Positions 40,637-50,976 are shown, numbered from the stretch's first letter. The stretch is 64,000 nt of DNA from an uncultured Verrucomicrobiae bacterium (GCA_963828525.1 CAWHEP010000008.1:192001-256000), one strand, 5' to 3'. Notes: generated by a model from the letters alone, not told the origin. Numbers and translations: made by a program.

Positions 40637-41266
40637 ATGATCCAACCCGACCTGCTCCTCGAAGGCTACAGCAAAGGCATCTTCCCGATGGCGATGGAGA
40701 ACGGGGAGATTGGCTGGTTTTCGCCAGATCCCCGCGCAATCATCCCTCTGGAGCATTTCCACGTGCCCCATGGATTGAAGCGCGTCTTACGGAAGAGGCT
40801 ATTCCAGACGCGGTTGAATCACGCGTTCAGCGAAGTGATGCATGCTTGCGCGAATCGCGAAGAGACGTGGATCAGCGAGGAGATTATCGCCAGTTATTGC
40901 TCGCTGCATCGGCTCGGCTTTGCGCATTCGTTCGAGGCGTGGCAGGGCGGGCATCTCGTCGGCGGGTTGTACGGGGTGAGCCTTGGGGCGGCCTTTTTTG
41001 GAGAATCCATGTTTCACCTCGCCACGGACGCCTCAAAGGTGGCGCTGCATTTTCTAGTGCAAACACTGCGAAATAGCGGCTTTCAGCTCCTGGAAGTACA
41101 GTGGTTGACATCCCATCTTGAGACGTTTGGGGCGACAAACATAACGCGACGCGATTACCTCGCGCGGCTGGCGGCCTGCCTGAACGGAGTCGCGCCACGC
41201 AGACCGCTCGTACCGCCGGAGGAAGACTGCGCGGATGCCAGCACTACCGGGCAGGAACAGCACTGA
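40637..41266 (+). CDS. aat: Leucyl/phenylalanyl-tRNA--protein transferase
   Basis: GIFPM, WFSPDPRA, TWI, AHSFE, LVGGLYGV, FFGESMF, DASKVA. Confidence 0.95.
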   Translation: MIQPDLLLEGYSKGIFPMAMENGEIGWFSPDPRAIIPLEHFHVPHGLKRVLRKRLFQTRLNHAFSEVMHACANREETWISEEIIASYCSLHRLGFAHSFEAWQGGHLVGGLYGVSLGAAFFGESMFHLATDASKVALHFLVQTLRNSGFQLLEVQWLTSHLETFGATNITRRDYLARLAACLNGVAPRRPLVPPEEDCADASTTGQEQH

Positions 41267-41948
41267 CCGCTTCCAACGTTGGACGCAGCGCCTTCCACAC
41301 GGTTTCCGCGACGATCCGATGCCCTTCCTCGTTTGGATGGATGCGGTCTTGCTGGTTTAGCCCGGGAATGCCTCCGACCCCTTCCAGCAGAAAGGGAATG
41401 AGAACACTGTGGTTTTTCTCCGCGAGTTCCTGGAAAATCCGCCTAAAGCTCTCTGTGTAAACCATGCCGAAATTTGGCGGCAAACGCATCCCGGCAATGA
41501 TAATCGCCGCACTCGGGAAACGCGCTTTTACCGTAGTGATGATTGCTTGAAGATTGCCTCGTGTCGTTTCCACTGGAATGCCTCGCAAGCCATCATTGGC
41601 GCCCAGCTCGAGAATCATCACGTCGACGGGCTGGTGAAGGATCCACTTCAATCTGCGGAGACCGTCAGCGGAGGTGTCCCCACTGACCCCGGCATTGACG
41701 ACCTTGTCGCGCCAGCCAAGCTCGTCGATTTTGCTTTGCAACAAAGAAGGGAACGCCTTTGAAGGCTCGACTCCGTAGCCAGCAGTAATGCTATCCCCAA
41801 GGACTAGAATATTTTTCGGCGGGTTGCCAGCCGCGCGGAGGCTAAATTGCGTCATGGGCGAAAATATCGTAAGTGCCGTTGCGGCGAGCGGAACCATGGA
41901 CGAGCGCAGGAAAAACCGTTTGCTCCACCAGGAAAATTGAAGACTCAT
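41244..41948 (-). CDS. tesA: Arylesterase/acyl-CoA thioesterase I (SGNH)
   Basis: GDSITAGYG, NAGVSGDT, ELGANDGLRG, DRIHPN; start uncertain. Confidence 0.9.
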   Translation of the reverse strand: MSLQFSWWSKRFFLRSSMVPLAATALTIFSPMTQFSLRAAGNPPKNILVLGDSITAGYGVEPSKAFPSLLQSKIDELGWRDKVVNAGVSGDTSADGLRRLKWILHQPVDVMILELGANDGLRGIPVETTRGNLQAIITTVKARFPSAAIIIAGMRLPPNFGMVYTESFRRIFQELAEKNHSVLIPFLLEGVGGIPGLNQQDRIHPNEEGHRIVAETVWKALRPTLEAVSAVPAR

Positions 41949-42001
41949 CACCCAAGAACAAAGCGTATCCCCGGAAAGCGGCAACCCCGATTGGGCTTTC
42001 G

Positions 42002-42667
42002 ATGAGCAGCTTGATTCTAGACGCGCGGGCGGTTTCGAAAAGCTATGGCAATCTCACGATCTTGAGTGAAGTGAGCTTCGCTCTGGCTGCGGGGTCGACT
42101 TGCGCGATCGTTGGCCGATCTGGGAGCGGAAAAAGCACTCTGCTGGGTCTCTGCGCTGGGCTGGACAGCCCAAGTTCAGGGAGCGTGTTTCTGGATGGCA
42201 CGGAGTTAGGCCCTCTGGACGAAGATCAGCGGGCAGTCCTTCGCAACAAACTTGTCGGGTTTATTTTCCAGAACTTCCAGCTAATCCCCACACTGACGGC
42301 GCTGGAGAACGTGATGGTCCCGCTGGAGCTGCGCCGTGACCGCGAGGCTAAGGGAGCCGCGGTTGATCTTCTGGAGCGGGTCGGGCTAAAGGCCAGGGCG
42401 ACACATTATCCCACTCAACTTTCCGGAGGCGAACAACAGCGGGTCGCCATTGCCCGCGCTTTTGCCAATCGCCCGAAGATCCTTTTTGCGGATGAGCCCA
42501 CTGGGAACCTGGACGCCGAAACGAGCATGCCGATCACAGAGATGATCTTCGAGTTGAATGCTTCCCACGGAACCGCGCTCGTGCTCGTGACCCACGACGC
42601 GCAACTAGCCGCCCGCGCGGGCCGTGTTCTCAGGATTCATGGGGGAAGGATCGTCACGGAGAGTTAA
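42002..42667 (+). CDS. ABC ATP-binding protein (YbbA/LolD-like)
   Basis: GRSGSGKS, LSGGEQQR, FADEPTGNLD; divergent from tesA. Confidence 0.92.
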   Translation: MSSLILDARAVSKSYGNLTILSEVSFALAAGSTCAIVGRSGSGKSTLLGLCAGLDSPSSGSVFLDGTELGPLDEDQRAVLRNKLVGFIFQNFQLIPTLTALENVMVPLELRRDREAKGAAVDLLERVGLKARATHYPTQLSGGEQQRVAIARAFANRPKILFADEPTGNLDAETSMPITEMIFELNASHGTALVLVTHDAQLAARAGRVLRIHGGRIVTES

Positions 42668-43746
42668 GTGGGGCGGTCGCCGCGCGACTGCGTATGCGGG
42701 CAATTGAGTCGACAATGTAAGCGCGCTGGTCAGCGCTTATGCTGTCGTCGGCGAGAGCAATGTTAAACTGCTCCAGAGAGGGTTGGGCATCTCCGCTGGC
42801 GGCGTATGCCTGGGCAAGATAGATACGATACCCGGTCACCGGCGCGCCATCCTTTTGCGCAAGTTCTACCAACGTTTTAAGCGCGCCGATCTCACTCTGG
42901 AAAGCATGCGCCTGGTGCGCAATCCTCGCGTGAAGAAAGAGCATGAAAGGATCGCGGGGAGAACGTTCGATGATCCTGGATGTGACATCGTAGGCGGCAT
43001 CGTAGCGACGGCTAAGCGAGAGGAGCTGCGCTCGGACGACCATCGCTGCCAAGTAGCTCTCGTCGAGACTCAACGCCTGATCGGCGTCACTCAAACCCTC
43101 ATCGTACCTGCTTAAGGCGGAGGTGATATTCAGCAGATTGAGTCCAGGCAGCGACGTTCTTCTTGTCCTTCCGGATGGCCTCATCGAGGTAGCTCTTCGC
43201 AAGACGCGGCTGGTTGACCCAGATCAATCGTCCGGCAGCCTGGGCCAGAAACTCGGCCTGTGAAGAAGCAGAGCTATGGGCGAACTTTTCGCGGACGACG
43301 TTTAGATCTTGAGGATCCCACTTGCGCGGGGCATTTCGCTGAAAAATCAGACTGGTGTGGTCAACGTATACCAGGGAAAAGTCCTTCGTATCCAGCAGAT
43401 GCTGGACGAGCGGGCGGAACTGATTCGGGCCTGCCAGCAGGACTGTTTCAAAATGCTCCTTGTGGTCGAGCCGCCTCCACAGGGCCGGATTCTGCATGGC
43501 CAGCGCAAACTGCTCCACCCGGCTGGAATCCTTGTTGCGGTCGTCCGGAACGGTGAGATCGGGGCGTGAGGCCACCAGGAACGGCCGGGCATATGGGGTG
43601 TAGAACACCGGCTTTGCCGTAAGCGCTCGCACGGCGAGAAGCGGGGTGGTCAATTCCGGATCAGCTTTCGCGGGCCATATAAAGCGCGCCGAGAGTGCCG
43701 CCAGCAGACCCGCTGCCAGATATGGGATGGCCTTCTTCAGGCTCAC
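42654..43746 (-). CDS. TPR-repeat exported protein, split by an apparent frameshift at about 43107
   Basis: N-terminal signal/TM; helical TPR-like repeats; joins as HLRLKQ|YDEGLSDADQAL if one base is removed. Confidence 0.65.
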
Positions 43747-44894
43747 ATTGTCCTATAAAGCATCTCAAGCGTCAGAACGCCGTAGGAGGTCGCGAGGACG
43801 GGATCTTTCTCCCAGAACCTTCCGTTTTGGTTCGCCCACGAACCGTCGTTTGCCTGGAGATCAATCATGCGCTTGGCAAGATCGCTCTTCCAGTCCACCC
43901 GGGTGCCATCCGCCATCGCCAGCGTGTCCACGCCGTATGTGGACAGGCCTTTCGCCATGGTCTGAAAATAATAGTAGAGACCCTGCATGCCCATTCCCGG
44001 ATTCTCTGTAACGGAATAGTGCTTTTGCAACCATGCGAACACAGCTTGCACGCGCGGGTCATCGCGTTTGAGATCGGCGTAGATATAGCTGAGAAGCCCA
44101 GCGTAACTCATGCTTCCATAGGAGCGAAGAGCCGTGCTTCCGTCCGCGAGTTTCATCTCTCCGGCCTCGCTTCCACCCGGCTCGTACATAAAGCCGCCCT
44201 TGTTTTCGGGATCATCAGACGCATGGCCGTCCTTATTGTATTCGCGCAGGTTTTGACAACGCTGCACGAACGCCAGAGCCGCCTCCCAATTTAAATCCTT
44301 CTCCGTCGATTTCTCCCCCTGATCCTTGAATCTTCGCGTGGCTTGGAGCGCTTCCAGAGCGAAGACGGTGTTGGACAGATCGGAATGAGGCTCATCGTCA
44401 CCGTATCCGATCCCGCCTCCATATTTGCCACTTGAAGTGGATTGCTGACCAATGGTGAAGGCGCGCGCCTTGCGCAAAATAGTGTCGTAGGCGGGGTTCT
44501 CACTGGCAACAAAGGCCATCATGGAAATAGACGTGTTGTAGTTTACCAGTTCGTCCTTCTTGTAGATGCCGCCATCCGCGTGGACGCAGCTTTCCAGAAA
44601 TCGGTAGCCGTTCCTGACAAAATCCGCCGCGCGGTAAGTGCCTACCGGTTCATGCATGAAACTTGTGAGCGCCAGCGCCGTCAGCGCCGGGTATTCCTGG
44701 GCGCTCCAGTATCCCGCCGGATTTTGTTTTGCCTTGAGAAACTCGAGGCCTTTTCCAATAGCGTGAGCGACCTCATTGCGGAGAGAAAGGTTCCTGGGGT
44801 CGCGCGGGAGAAGCTTCGCCTCATCGCACCGGGCCAACGGCGAGGCGGCTAGCAGAAGAGTGAGGCAGAGATATTTGGCTTGTCGGATGTTCAT
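43743..44894 (-). CDS. Secreted prenyltransferase/squalene-cyclase-repeat (QW) protein
   Basis: Signal peptide; QNPAGYW, HADGGI, DLSNT, QANDGSW repeats. Confidence 0.8.
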   Translation of the reverse strand: MNIRQAKYLCLTLLLAASPLARCDEAKLLPRDPRNLSLRNEVAHAIGKGLEFLKAKQNPAGYWSAQEYPALTALALTSFMHEPVGTYRAADFVRNGYRFLESCVHADGGIYKKDELVNYNTSISMMAFVASENPAYDTILRKARAFTIGQQSTSSGKYGGGIGYGDDEPHSDLSNTVFALEALQATRRFKDQGEKSTEKDLNWEAALAFVQRCQNLREYNKDGHASDDPENKGGFMYEPGGSEAGEMKLADGSTALRSYGSMSYAGLLSYIYADLKRDDPRVQAVFAWLQKHYSVTENPGMGMQGLYYYFQTMAKGLSTYGVDTLAMADGTRVDWKSDLAKRMIDLQANDGSWANQNGRFWEKDPVLATSYGVLTLEMLYRTM

Positions 44895-45649
44895 GGGGTG
44901 TTCGGGTGTTGAATTTGAATCGTAATTCGCACAGGAGTCTGCAACGGCGGCGTCCGGTCGGGAGCTACTTCCCAGATCTGGTCGTCGTCATGCCCTGGTC
45001 GAGGATTGTTTATGAGAGCCTCTGGGTCGAGAATGACGGCTGCAATGGAGCGATCCTGCTGGGCGAGGAATGCGCCATGATAAAAGGAGGAACCGTTGTA
45101 TGTCCATTGCCCGCGGGCCATAGGCAGCTTCGCCTCCGTGTTATTTACAAAATCCTCCGCATTGGTGAGACGCTCCTTTCCATTTTCGTTCCATCTTACC
45201 TGGATTTCAATGGCGTCTCCTTTTAGCTGGGGAGCGCGCTTCAGGTAAGCAGAACTGATGTTGGAAGGGGGCATCTCCTTGGCAATAGCCGCGCTGTCCG
45301 GATTTCCTTTCGCGCCAATGAGCAGCATCGCGAGGTGGATAGTGTAGGGCTGTACCTCCGTGACAAAGAGACTCTCATGCGTTTTCCCTCCCTTCCCTAC
45401 GAGCAGATACTCTATGTTGCCCTCACGCATGTTTATACTAGCGGGAAAGGTCACTGTTTCCGCGCGCTTGTCCAGCGTCACGCCTCCCACTTCAAGCGTG
45501 CCGTCCGCGTTCGCTTTTACCGGAGTGGCTGGTGGAACGGCTTCCTGCGCGAAACAGACCGCGAGGGGAAGAAGCGGGGAGAGAAACAAAAGGCAGAGCG
45601 CGCTCCTCAAAGAAAACACGGCCCTTGAAGGAGATGGGGAATTCGTCAC
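44891..45649 (-). CDS. YdjY-like domain exported protein
   Basis: IEYLLVGKGGKTHESL, HLAMLLIG, WTYNGS; start placed downstream of the tRNA. Confidence 0.65.
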   Translation of the reverse strand: MTNSPSPSRAVFSLRSALCLLFLSPLLPLAVCFAQEAVPPATPVKANADGTLEVGGVTLDKRAETVTFPASINMREGNIEYLLVGKGGKTHESLFVTEVQPYTIHLAMLLIGAKGNPDSAAIAKEMPPSNISSAYLKRAPQLKGDAIEIQVRWNENGKERLTNAEDFVNNTEAKLPMARGQWTYNGSSFYHGAFLAQQDRSIAAVILDPEALINNPRPGHDDDQIWEVAPDRTPPLQTPVRITIQIQHPNTP

Positions 45650-45664
45650 AAGCGGTAAGCAACG

Positions 45665-45737
45665 TGGAGCCGAGGGGATTCGAACCCCTGACCCCCGCAA
45701 TGCCATTGCGGTGCTCTACCAACTGAGCTACGACCCC
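45665..45737 (-). tRNA. tRNA-Ala(GGC)
   Basis: GGGGTCGTAGCTCAGTTGGTAGAGCACCGCAATGGCATTGCGGGGGTCAGGGGTTCGAATCCCCTCGGCTCCA; anticodon GGC; G3:U70 present. Confidence 0.97.
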
Positions 45738-45776
45738 GAAGCTGAGCGGCGACTCTACGCAGCACCCGGCAGGTTG

Positions 45777-46832
45777 TCACGAAATTTTCCGCTCGCTGGG
45801 GGTGGCGCAGGCTGCAAGCCTGTCTTCTTCGGGACGCGGATCCCGGCTTAAAAGTTCCATCAATGCGGCCTTGGGAGACTTGCCACCGTACAGGACGGCA
45901 TGCACCTGATCAATGATCGGGGTCTCGACGCGCAGCTTGCGGGCGCATTCAAAGGCTCCCAGAGCGGTGGGCACGCCTTCGGCGACCATGTTCATGGATC
46001 GCGCAATTTCGGCGAGCGACTCACCGCGTCCCAATCGCTCTCCTACCCTGCGATTTCTGCTGTGGGAGCTGAAACAGGTGACCATCAGGTCTCCAATCCC
46101 ACTCAGGCCCTGGAAGGTTTCGCGGCGTCCTCCCAAAGCTGTCCCGAGGCGATTCAACTCGGCGAGCGACCGGGTAACGAGGGCAGCCTTGGAGTTATCC
46201 CCAAGCCCCAACCCGTCGCTGACGCCGGCCGATATGGCAAAGATGTTTTTGAGAGCGCCGCCGAGTTCGATGCCCGCGACATCGTCGCTCGTGTAGATAC
46301 GAAAGTACTTGCTGGAGAAAAGACGCTGCAGGACCCCGGCAACTTCCTCGCTCTGCGATCCCAGCACCGCTGCCGTCGGCATCCTCCGCGCCACTTCGGT
46401 GGCATGATTTGGACCTGAAAGAGTCGCAACGCGATTGCGAGGGAATAATTCGGAAATGATCTGAGTCATCCTCAAGCCGGTGCCGTGTTCGATCCCCTTC
46501 GTGCAGGAGACAAAAACAGTCTCCGGTGAAGGGTTAAGGGAGGCAAACTCGCCAGCGACATGCCGGACGGCTTTGGAGGGAGTGACAAAGAGGATGACAC
46601 CGGCGTCCAGCAAATCCGCGAGTGAGGTGGTGGGATTAATCGCGGGCGGGAGCGAGACCTCCGGGAGATAAGCCGCGTTCACCCGGCTCGATTTTATCGC
46701 GGCGATTTTGGCCGGATCGTGCCCCCAGAGAGAAACAGACGCGCCTTGCCCGGCAAGAAGCACGGCAAGCGAAGTCCCCCAACTGCCCGCGCCGATCACC
46801 CCGACCCGGCTCGCTAGCAAATCACCTGCCAT
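45777..46832 (-). CDS. gpsA: NAD(P)H-dependent glycerol-3-phosphate dehydrogenase
   Basis: GAGSWGT, TKGIE, SGPNHA, GGALKN, GIGDLMVTC, SRNR. Confidence 0.96.
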   Translation of the reverse strand: MAGDLLASRVGVIGAGSWGTSLAVLLAGQGASVSLWGHDPAKIAAIKSSRVNAAYLPEVSLPPAINPTTSLADLLDAGVILFVTPSKAVRHVAGEFASLNPSPETVFVSCTKGIEHGTGLRMTQIISELFPRNRVATLSGPNHATEVARRMPTAAVLGSQSEEVAGVLQRLFSSKYFRIYTSDDVAGIELGGALKNIFAISAGVSDGLGLGDNSKAALVTRSLAELNRLGTALGGRRETFQGLSGIGDLMVTCFSSHSRNRRVGERLGRGESLAEIARSMNMVAEGVPTALGAFECARKLRVETPIIDQVHAVLYGGKSPKAALMELLSRDPRPEEDRLAACATPSERKIS

Positions 46833-47475
46833 CGATGTTTTTCCGCCTCTCGAAGCGGTTCTCCGTTCCGGCGACGAGACGTTGTATATTTGCGCGGTGG
46901 CGCCAAAAGACAAGGGCGGAGATAAGCAGCGCGAAATGAAAAAGCGGGCTGCGCGCGGCGTCGCTCGGCGAGAGGGCGATAAGCAGGGCCAGCGGCAGAG
47001 ATAAAGCGGCCATCAACGACGCCAGCGAGACATATCGCGTTGAGAAAAAAACGATTGCCCAGACCATGATAACGATCAGCGCCTGAAGCGGCATCAAACC
47101 AATGAGCACGCCGGCGGAGGTCGCTACACCCTTGCCACCCTTGAACCGAAGCCAGCATGGGAAATTGTGGCCGATGATGCAGCAAACAGCCGCGACAATC
47201 CCGATCAACTCCGGAGAAGGAGAGAAAAGACCGCAGTGACGGGCGATACGCATCGAAAGGTATACCGCGAAGAACCCCTTGGCGGCATCGCATAGGAAGA
47301 CAGGAATCCCCCACTTCCTGCCAAGGACCCGAAGGACATTCGTCGCCCCGATGTTGCCACTCCCGAGGGTTCGGATGTCGACGCCCTTGCATCGGCCGGC
47401 GAGGAACCCGAACGGGATCGAGCCGGCAAGATAGCTTGCCAGAAAAAGCAGTCCCGTCGAGATGGCGGGGTTCAT
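46822..47475 (-). CDS. plsY: Glycerol-3-phosphate acyltransferase PlsY
   Basis: GSIPFG, GSGNIGATN, DAAKG, GHNFP, FKGGKGVAT, HRANIQRL. Confidence 0.96.
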   Translation of the reverse strand: MNPAISTGLLFLASYLAGSIPFGFLAGRCKGVDIRTLGSGNIGATNVLRVLGRKWGIPVFLCDAAKGFFAVYLSMRIARHCGLFSPSPELIGIVAAVCCIIGHNFPCWLRFKGGKGVATSAGVLIGLMPLQALIVIMVWAIVFFSTRYVSLASLMAALSLPLALLIALSPSDAARSPLFHFALLISALVFWRHRANIQRLVAGTENRFERRKNIDGR

Positions 47476-47506
47476 TGCCTTCGTCCAAGGAGCAAACACC
47501 CTGAAC

Positions 47507-49252
47507 TCATTTCCGTTTGACCTTGAGTTCAGCTTCAATCTCCCCAAGCGGCTTGCAGTTGATTACATCTTCGCGAGTCAGCCAGCCCTTGCGGGCAGCG
47601 GCTACTCCGAACCACAGATGCTCGAGACGCTGTGTGTCATGAGCGTCGGGGTTTATCACACAGCGGACGCCCTTCTCCTTTGCCAGCGGCCACCAGCGCC
47701 AGTCCATATCCAATCGCCGGGGATTCGCATTCAGCTCGATGACGGTGTGGGTGGCCGCGGCCGCTTCAATAATCGCTGGCACATCCACTTTGTAAGGCTG
47801 GCGAGTCAGGAGCAGCCGCCCTGTCAGATGACCGAGAAAGGTCACATAGGGGTTGCTAATGGCGCGGATGATGCGGGCTGTCATCTCCGCTTCCGAAAGA
47901 GTAAAGCCCGCATGCACCGAGGCGACGACGTAGTCGAGCCCTGCCAGGACGTCATCTGGAAAATCAAGCGTTCCGTCTCTGAGGATGTCGCACTCAACGC
48001 CTGTGAAGAGGCGGAAGCCCTCGAACCTCTTGTTCATCTCGCCTATTTCCTTCTTCTGCGCTTCGAGCCGCGTCAGATCAAGGCCGTGGGCCTGGACAGA
48101 ACTCTTGCTGTGGTCCGCGATGCCAAGATACTGAAGGCCCAGATCCTGCGCCGCCCCCGCCATCTCCGCGAGCGTGCATCTTCCGTCACTCGCTATCGTG
48201 TGATTGTGGAAGGCCCCGCGCAAATTGCTCAACTCGACGAGAGTTGGCAAGTCTCCACGTTCGGCCGCGGCGAACTCCCCGCGATCCTCGCGGAGTTCCG
48301 GTTCGATATAGGGCAGCCCCATGGCGGAATACAGTTCCTGCTCATCTCGCACTTCAGGAAGAGTCTGTGATTTTTTCGCGCCGTCCACCTTCGCGAGGCG
48401 GTACTCATTCAAAGTCCATCCGCGCTGCAAGGCCCTATTTCGCATGACAATGTTATGCTCCTTGCTGCCGGTGAAATAGTTCATCGCGAAAGGATATTGA
48501 GCGTCGGTGACAACCCGAATGTCAGCCTGTATGCCTGAGGAAAGGCGGACGCTGGATTTCGTAGGGCCGTTCGCAATAACGCTTTGAACGAGCGGATGCT
48601 TCACGAACTGAAGGCTCACGGCCTCTGGATTTTTCGTCGATACGATGAAATCCAAATCATGCACGATCTCTTTTCGACGCCGATAGCTGCCAGCAACACT
48701 CGCATGGATCGTATCCGGATGAGCTCGAAGATCCTCGAGCAGCTCTTCCGCAGCCTTTGCCGCGTCGGAGAGCAGGTGGCTGCCAGATTGCGCGGAGCGC
48801 TGCTCGATGGCCTGCAGTAAGTTTGTCGCGGTTTTCTGGCCAAAACCAGGAAGTCCGGCAATGCGGCCGTCTTCGCAGGCAGCCTTGAGAGCTTCCAAGT
48901 TTGTTATCTGGAGCTTGTCATGCAACAACTTGATCTTCTTCGCGCCCAATCCCGGCAGCGCGAACATTTCAAAGATTTGTGGTGGAAATTCGGCTTGGAG
49001 CGCCTCGTACGACGGGAGCCTGCCGGTATTCACCAGCTCTGTGATCTTCTCTGAGATCGCCTTTCCGACGCCCGGGATTTCAGTAAGGCGCTCTTCTTCG
49101 ACGGCTTTGAAAATGTCCTCTGACGAAGCTTCCAGGGCGCGAGCCGCATTTGTGTACGCGCGGATTTTGAATGGGTTCTCCCCTTTCAATTCAAGAAGGC
49201 GGGAGATCGACTCCAAAATATCGACGATTCCCTCCTTGGTGATGGCGTTCAT
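47507..49252 (-). CDS. polX: DNA polymerase X / PHP 3'-5' exonuclease
   Basis: GENPFKIRAY, HhH motifs, AGSYRR, DLD plus third Asp (ADIR), FTGSKEHN, PHP HNHT, DHS, DAH. Confidence 0.95.
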   Translation of the reverse strand: MNAITKEGIVDILESISRLLELKGENPFKIRAYTNAARALEASSEDIFKAVEEERLTEIPGVGKAISEKITELVNTGRLPSYEALQAEFPPQIFEMFALPGLGAKKIKLLHDKLQITNLEALKAACEDGRIAGLPGFGQKTATNLLQAIEQRSAQSGSHLLSDAAKAAEELLEDLRAHPDTIHASVAGSYRRRKEIVHDLDFIVSTKNPEAVSLQFVKHPLVQSVIANGPTKSSVRLSSGIQADIRVVTDAQYPFAMNYFTGSKEHNIVMRNRALQRGWTLNEYRLAKVDGAKKSQTLPEVRDEQELYSAMGLPYIEPELREDRGEFAAAERGDLPTLVELSNLRGAFHNHTIASDGRCTLAEMAGAAQDLGLQYLGIADHSKSSVQAHGLDLTRLEAQKKEIGEMNKRFEGFRLFTGVECDILRDGTLDFPDDVLAGLDYVVASVHAGFTLSEAEMTARIIRAISNPYVTFLGHLTGRLLLTRQPYKVDVPAIIEAAAATHTVIELNANPRRLDMDWRWWPLAKEKGVRCVINPDAHDTQRLEHLWFGVAAARKGWLTREDVINCKPLGEIEAELKVKRK

Positions 49253-49349
49253 GGTGGAAGAGGCTAGCGGATTGTCCAAGCGGGATGGAAGTTAGAACTG
49301 GCCCCTCCAGGTCCAGGCAGGCGCGCTGCGTCGGTCTTTTCGACTGGAC

Positions 49350-50675
49350 TCACGGTGAGGCGGAAGGCGACGGGACTGCTGGAGTCGCCACCGGTGAAGG
49401 CAGAGTAGGAGATGGCGACGGCGACGGCGACTGCATTGGTTTCGTGAGATCCTCCCATTTGTGCAATTCGCCTTTCCATCCGCCCAGTTCAGTCATTAGG
49501 GCGGCGCATCGCTCCGTCCATTTCGCATAATCGGGGGGCCCCGGCGGAGTGAGGGCTGATCCCGGGAATACCAGATACGAAACTTTGAGATCCGTGACTG
49601 GACTAATGTTAGCGCTCGCCGCCGCGTTGATCTCCCTGCCGAGCCGGAGAGAGGCTTCTCCAATTTTGTCATTCGGCCCGACGTCCCCAAAAATCGCGGG
49701 GTAAAGCTGATCCTTGAAAATCACCACGCAGAAATCACCGAGCTTTGGCGCGAAAGGGTCGCTGGTCTGGGCAAGCATGAAACCGGGGAGCACGATGTAG
49801 GGGTCCAATTCCGCGACAAGGAAACTGTTTTTCTTCACCTGGCCGATCTCATACCGCAGGTTGCCGATGGCGTCCCGAACCTGGCGATCACGTTCGCCCG
49901 AATTGGCCTGGGTGTCACGCTCCACCTCCATAACGCGCAATTTCGCCTCGAAACCGGCCAGGAAGGGATTCGGCACGGCGGTTCTCTTCGGCCACCGGTA
50001 GCTGGTGATCGGCTGAAAAGTGGAGGAACTGGCATCTACAGTGGCGACCCGATCACTATCGGAGCCGTCCGTATCCACATCCATCTGCGCCTGGATGAAC
50101 AAAGCTTTTCTCCGCGAAGCCGGATGCTCCAACTCAAGGATCGTTTCACAATCATAGAAATGGCGTCGGCTTAGCAATTGATCAATTCGACCGAGATTTT
50201 GTTGCAGGTTCGCGATCTTGATGCGGTAGAAATCCCGGTAGAAGCGCGAGGCTCGAAGAGGGGAGGATGCCGCCTGCGCGCCGAAAATAGCATCAGGCAG
50301 GTGATCGTTTAACGCGCGGATCTTGAGGAAGTCCGTCTCCGGAGTCGGAATCCTCACTTTGACAGCGAGGTCGAGAGCATAGCTCGCAGCATCCTGACGC
50401 TCGGCGATGGCACTCTGCCCATCCACCAACTCGACCGAGGAGTGCACCTGCATCCCGTTAAAGAGTTTTGCTACTTCCATCCGTTTGCTCGGAATTAAAA
50501 GCGGCGCCGGGGATGGGGCGGGCGTTATTGGAGCGGGTGTCTCAGCTTCGTCAACGCGCTCCGTCCGCAGGGAGGGAGGAGAGCATCCCGGCAGGAGCCA
50601 GAGGAGGACGAGTAAGAGAGCTCCCGATCTGAGTCGCGCGGCCACGTCAATGAACGTGCGGGGCGTACCAGGCAA
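49350..50675 (-). CDS. GH75 chitosanase-family lipoprotein
   Basis: Lipobox LPGC; MDVDTDG, PYIVLP, LGDFCVV, AIFGDVGP..KIGEAS. Confidence 0.75.
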   Translation of the reverse strand: MPGTPRTFIDVAARLRSGALLLVLLWLLPGCSPPSLRTERVDEAETPAPITPAPSPAPLLIPSKRMEVAKLFNGMQVHSSVELVDGQSAIAERQDAASYALDLAVKVRIPTPETDFLKIRALNDHLPDAIFGAQAASSPLRASRFYRDFYRIKIANLQQNLGRIDQLLSRRHFYDCETILELEHPASRRKALFIQAQMDVDTDGSDSDRVATVDASSSTFQPITSYRWPKRTAVPNPFLAGFEAKLRVMEVERDTQANSGERDRQVRDAIGNLRYEIGQVKKNSFLVAELDPYIVLPGFMLAQTSDPFAPKLGDFCVVIFKDQLYPAIFGDVGPNDKIGEASLRLGREINAAASANISPVTDLKVSYLVFPGSALTPPGPPDYAKWTERCAALMTELGGWKGELHKWEDLTKPMQSPSPSPSPTLPSPVATPAVPSPSASP

Positions 50676-50976
50676 GGATTGTAAACATCACGCTAGCCGC
50701 GCTCAACAGGGACATGAGGGCGTCGGGCATCACCCGCCTTGTCTCGAGGTAGTGCGGGATAAATCTGCCCGCCAGCATAACCGAAACCACGAGGCCAATC
50801 ATTAAGCCAGGCTGAAAACGCAGTGGCACCAGATAGCCCGCAAGGAGCAGAAGCGCGCCTGAGATTCCTCCAGCTACAAGCGAGGCGACGCTCTTCTTGT
50901 TCACATAACCGATGACGCCACCCAGTATCGTGAGGACGCCAAAAATGAAATAGTAGAAGGTGGTGACCTTGATCAT
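50647..50976 (-). CDS. TMEM14-family membrane protein
   Basis: GGVIGYVNKKSVASLVAGGISG...RF...MP. Confidence 0.85.
   Translation of the reverse strand: MIKVTTFYYFIFGVLTILGGVIGYVNKKSVASLVAGGISGALLLLAGYLVPLRFQPGLMIGLVVSVMLAGRFIPHYLETRRVMPDALMSLLSAASVMFTILAWYAPHVH

Noticed and set aside
45650..45706. ORF-track start of the YdjY-like gene inside tRNA-Ala
   Set aside because: Overlaps a canonical tRNA; a downstream GTG gives a sensible signal peptide
47507..49252. Degenerate (non-catalytic) PolX
   Set aside because: All three polymerase aspartates and the PHP histidines are present
49414..49432. GGCGAC tandem repeat
   Set aside because: Encodes the Pro-Ser linker at the GH75 C-terminus
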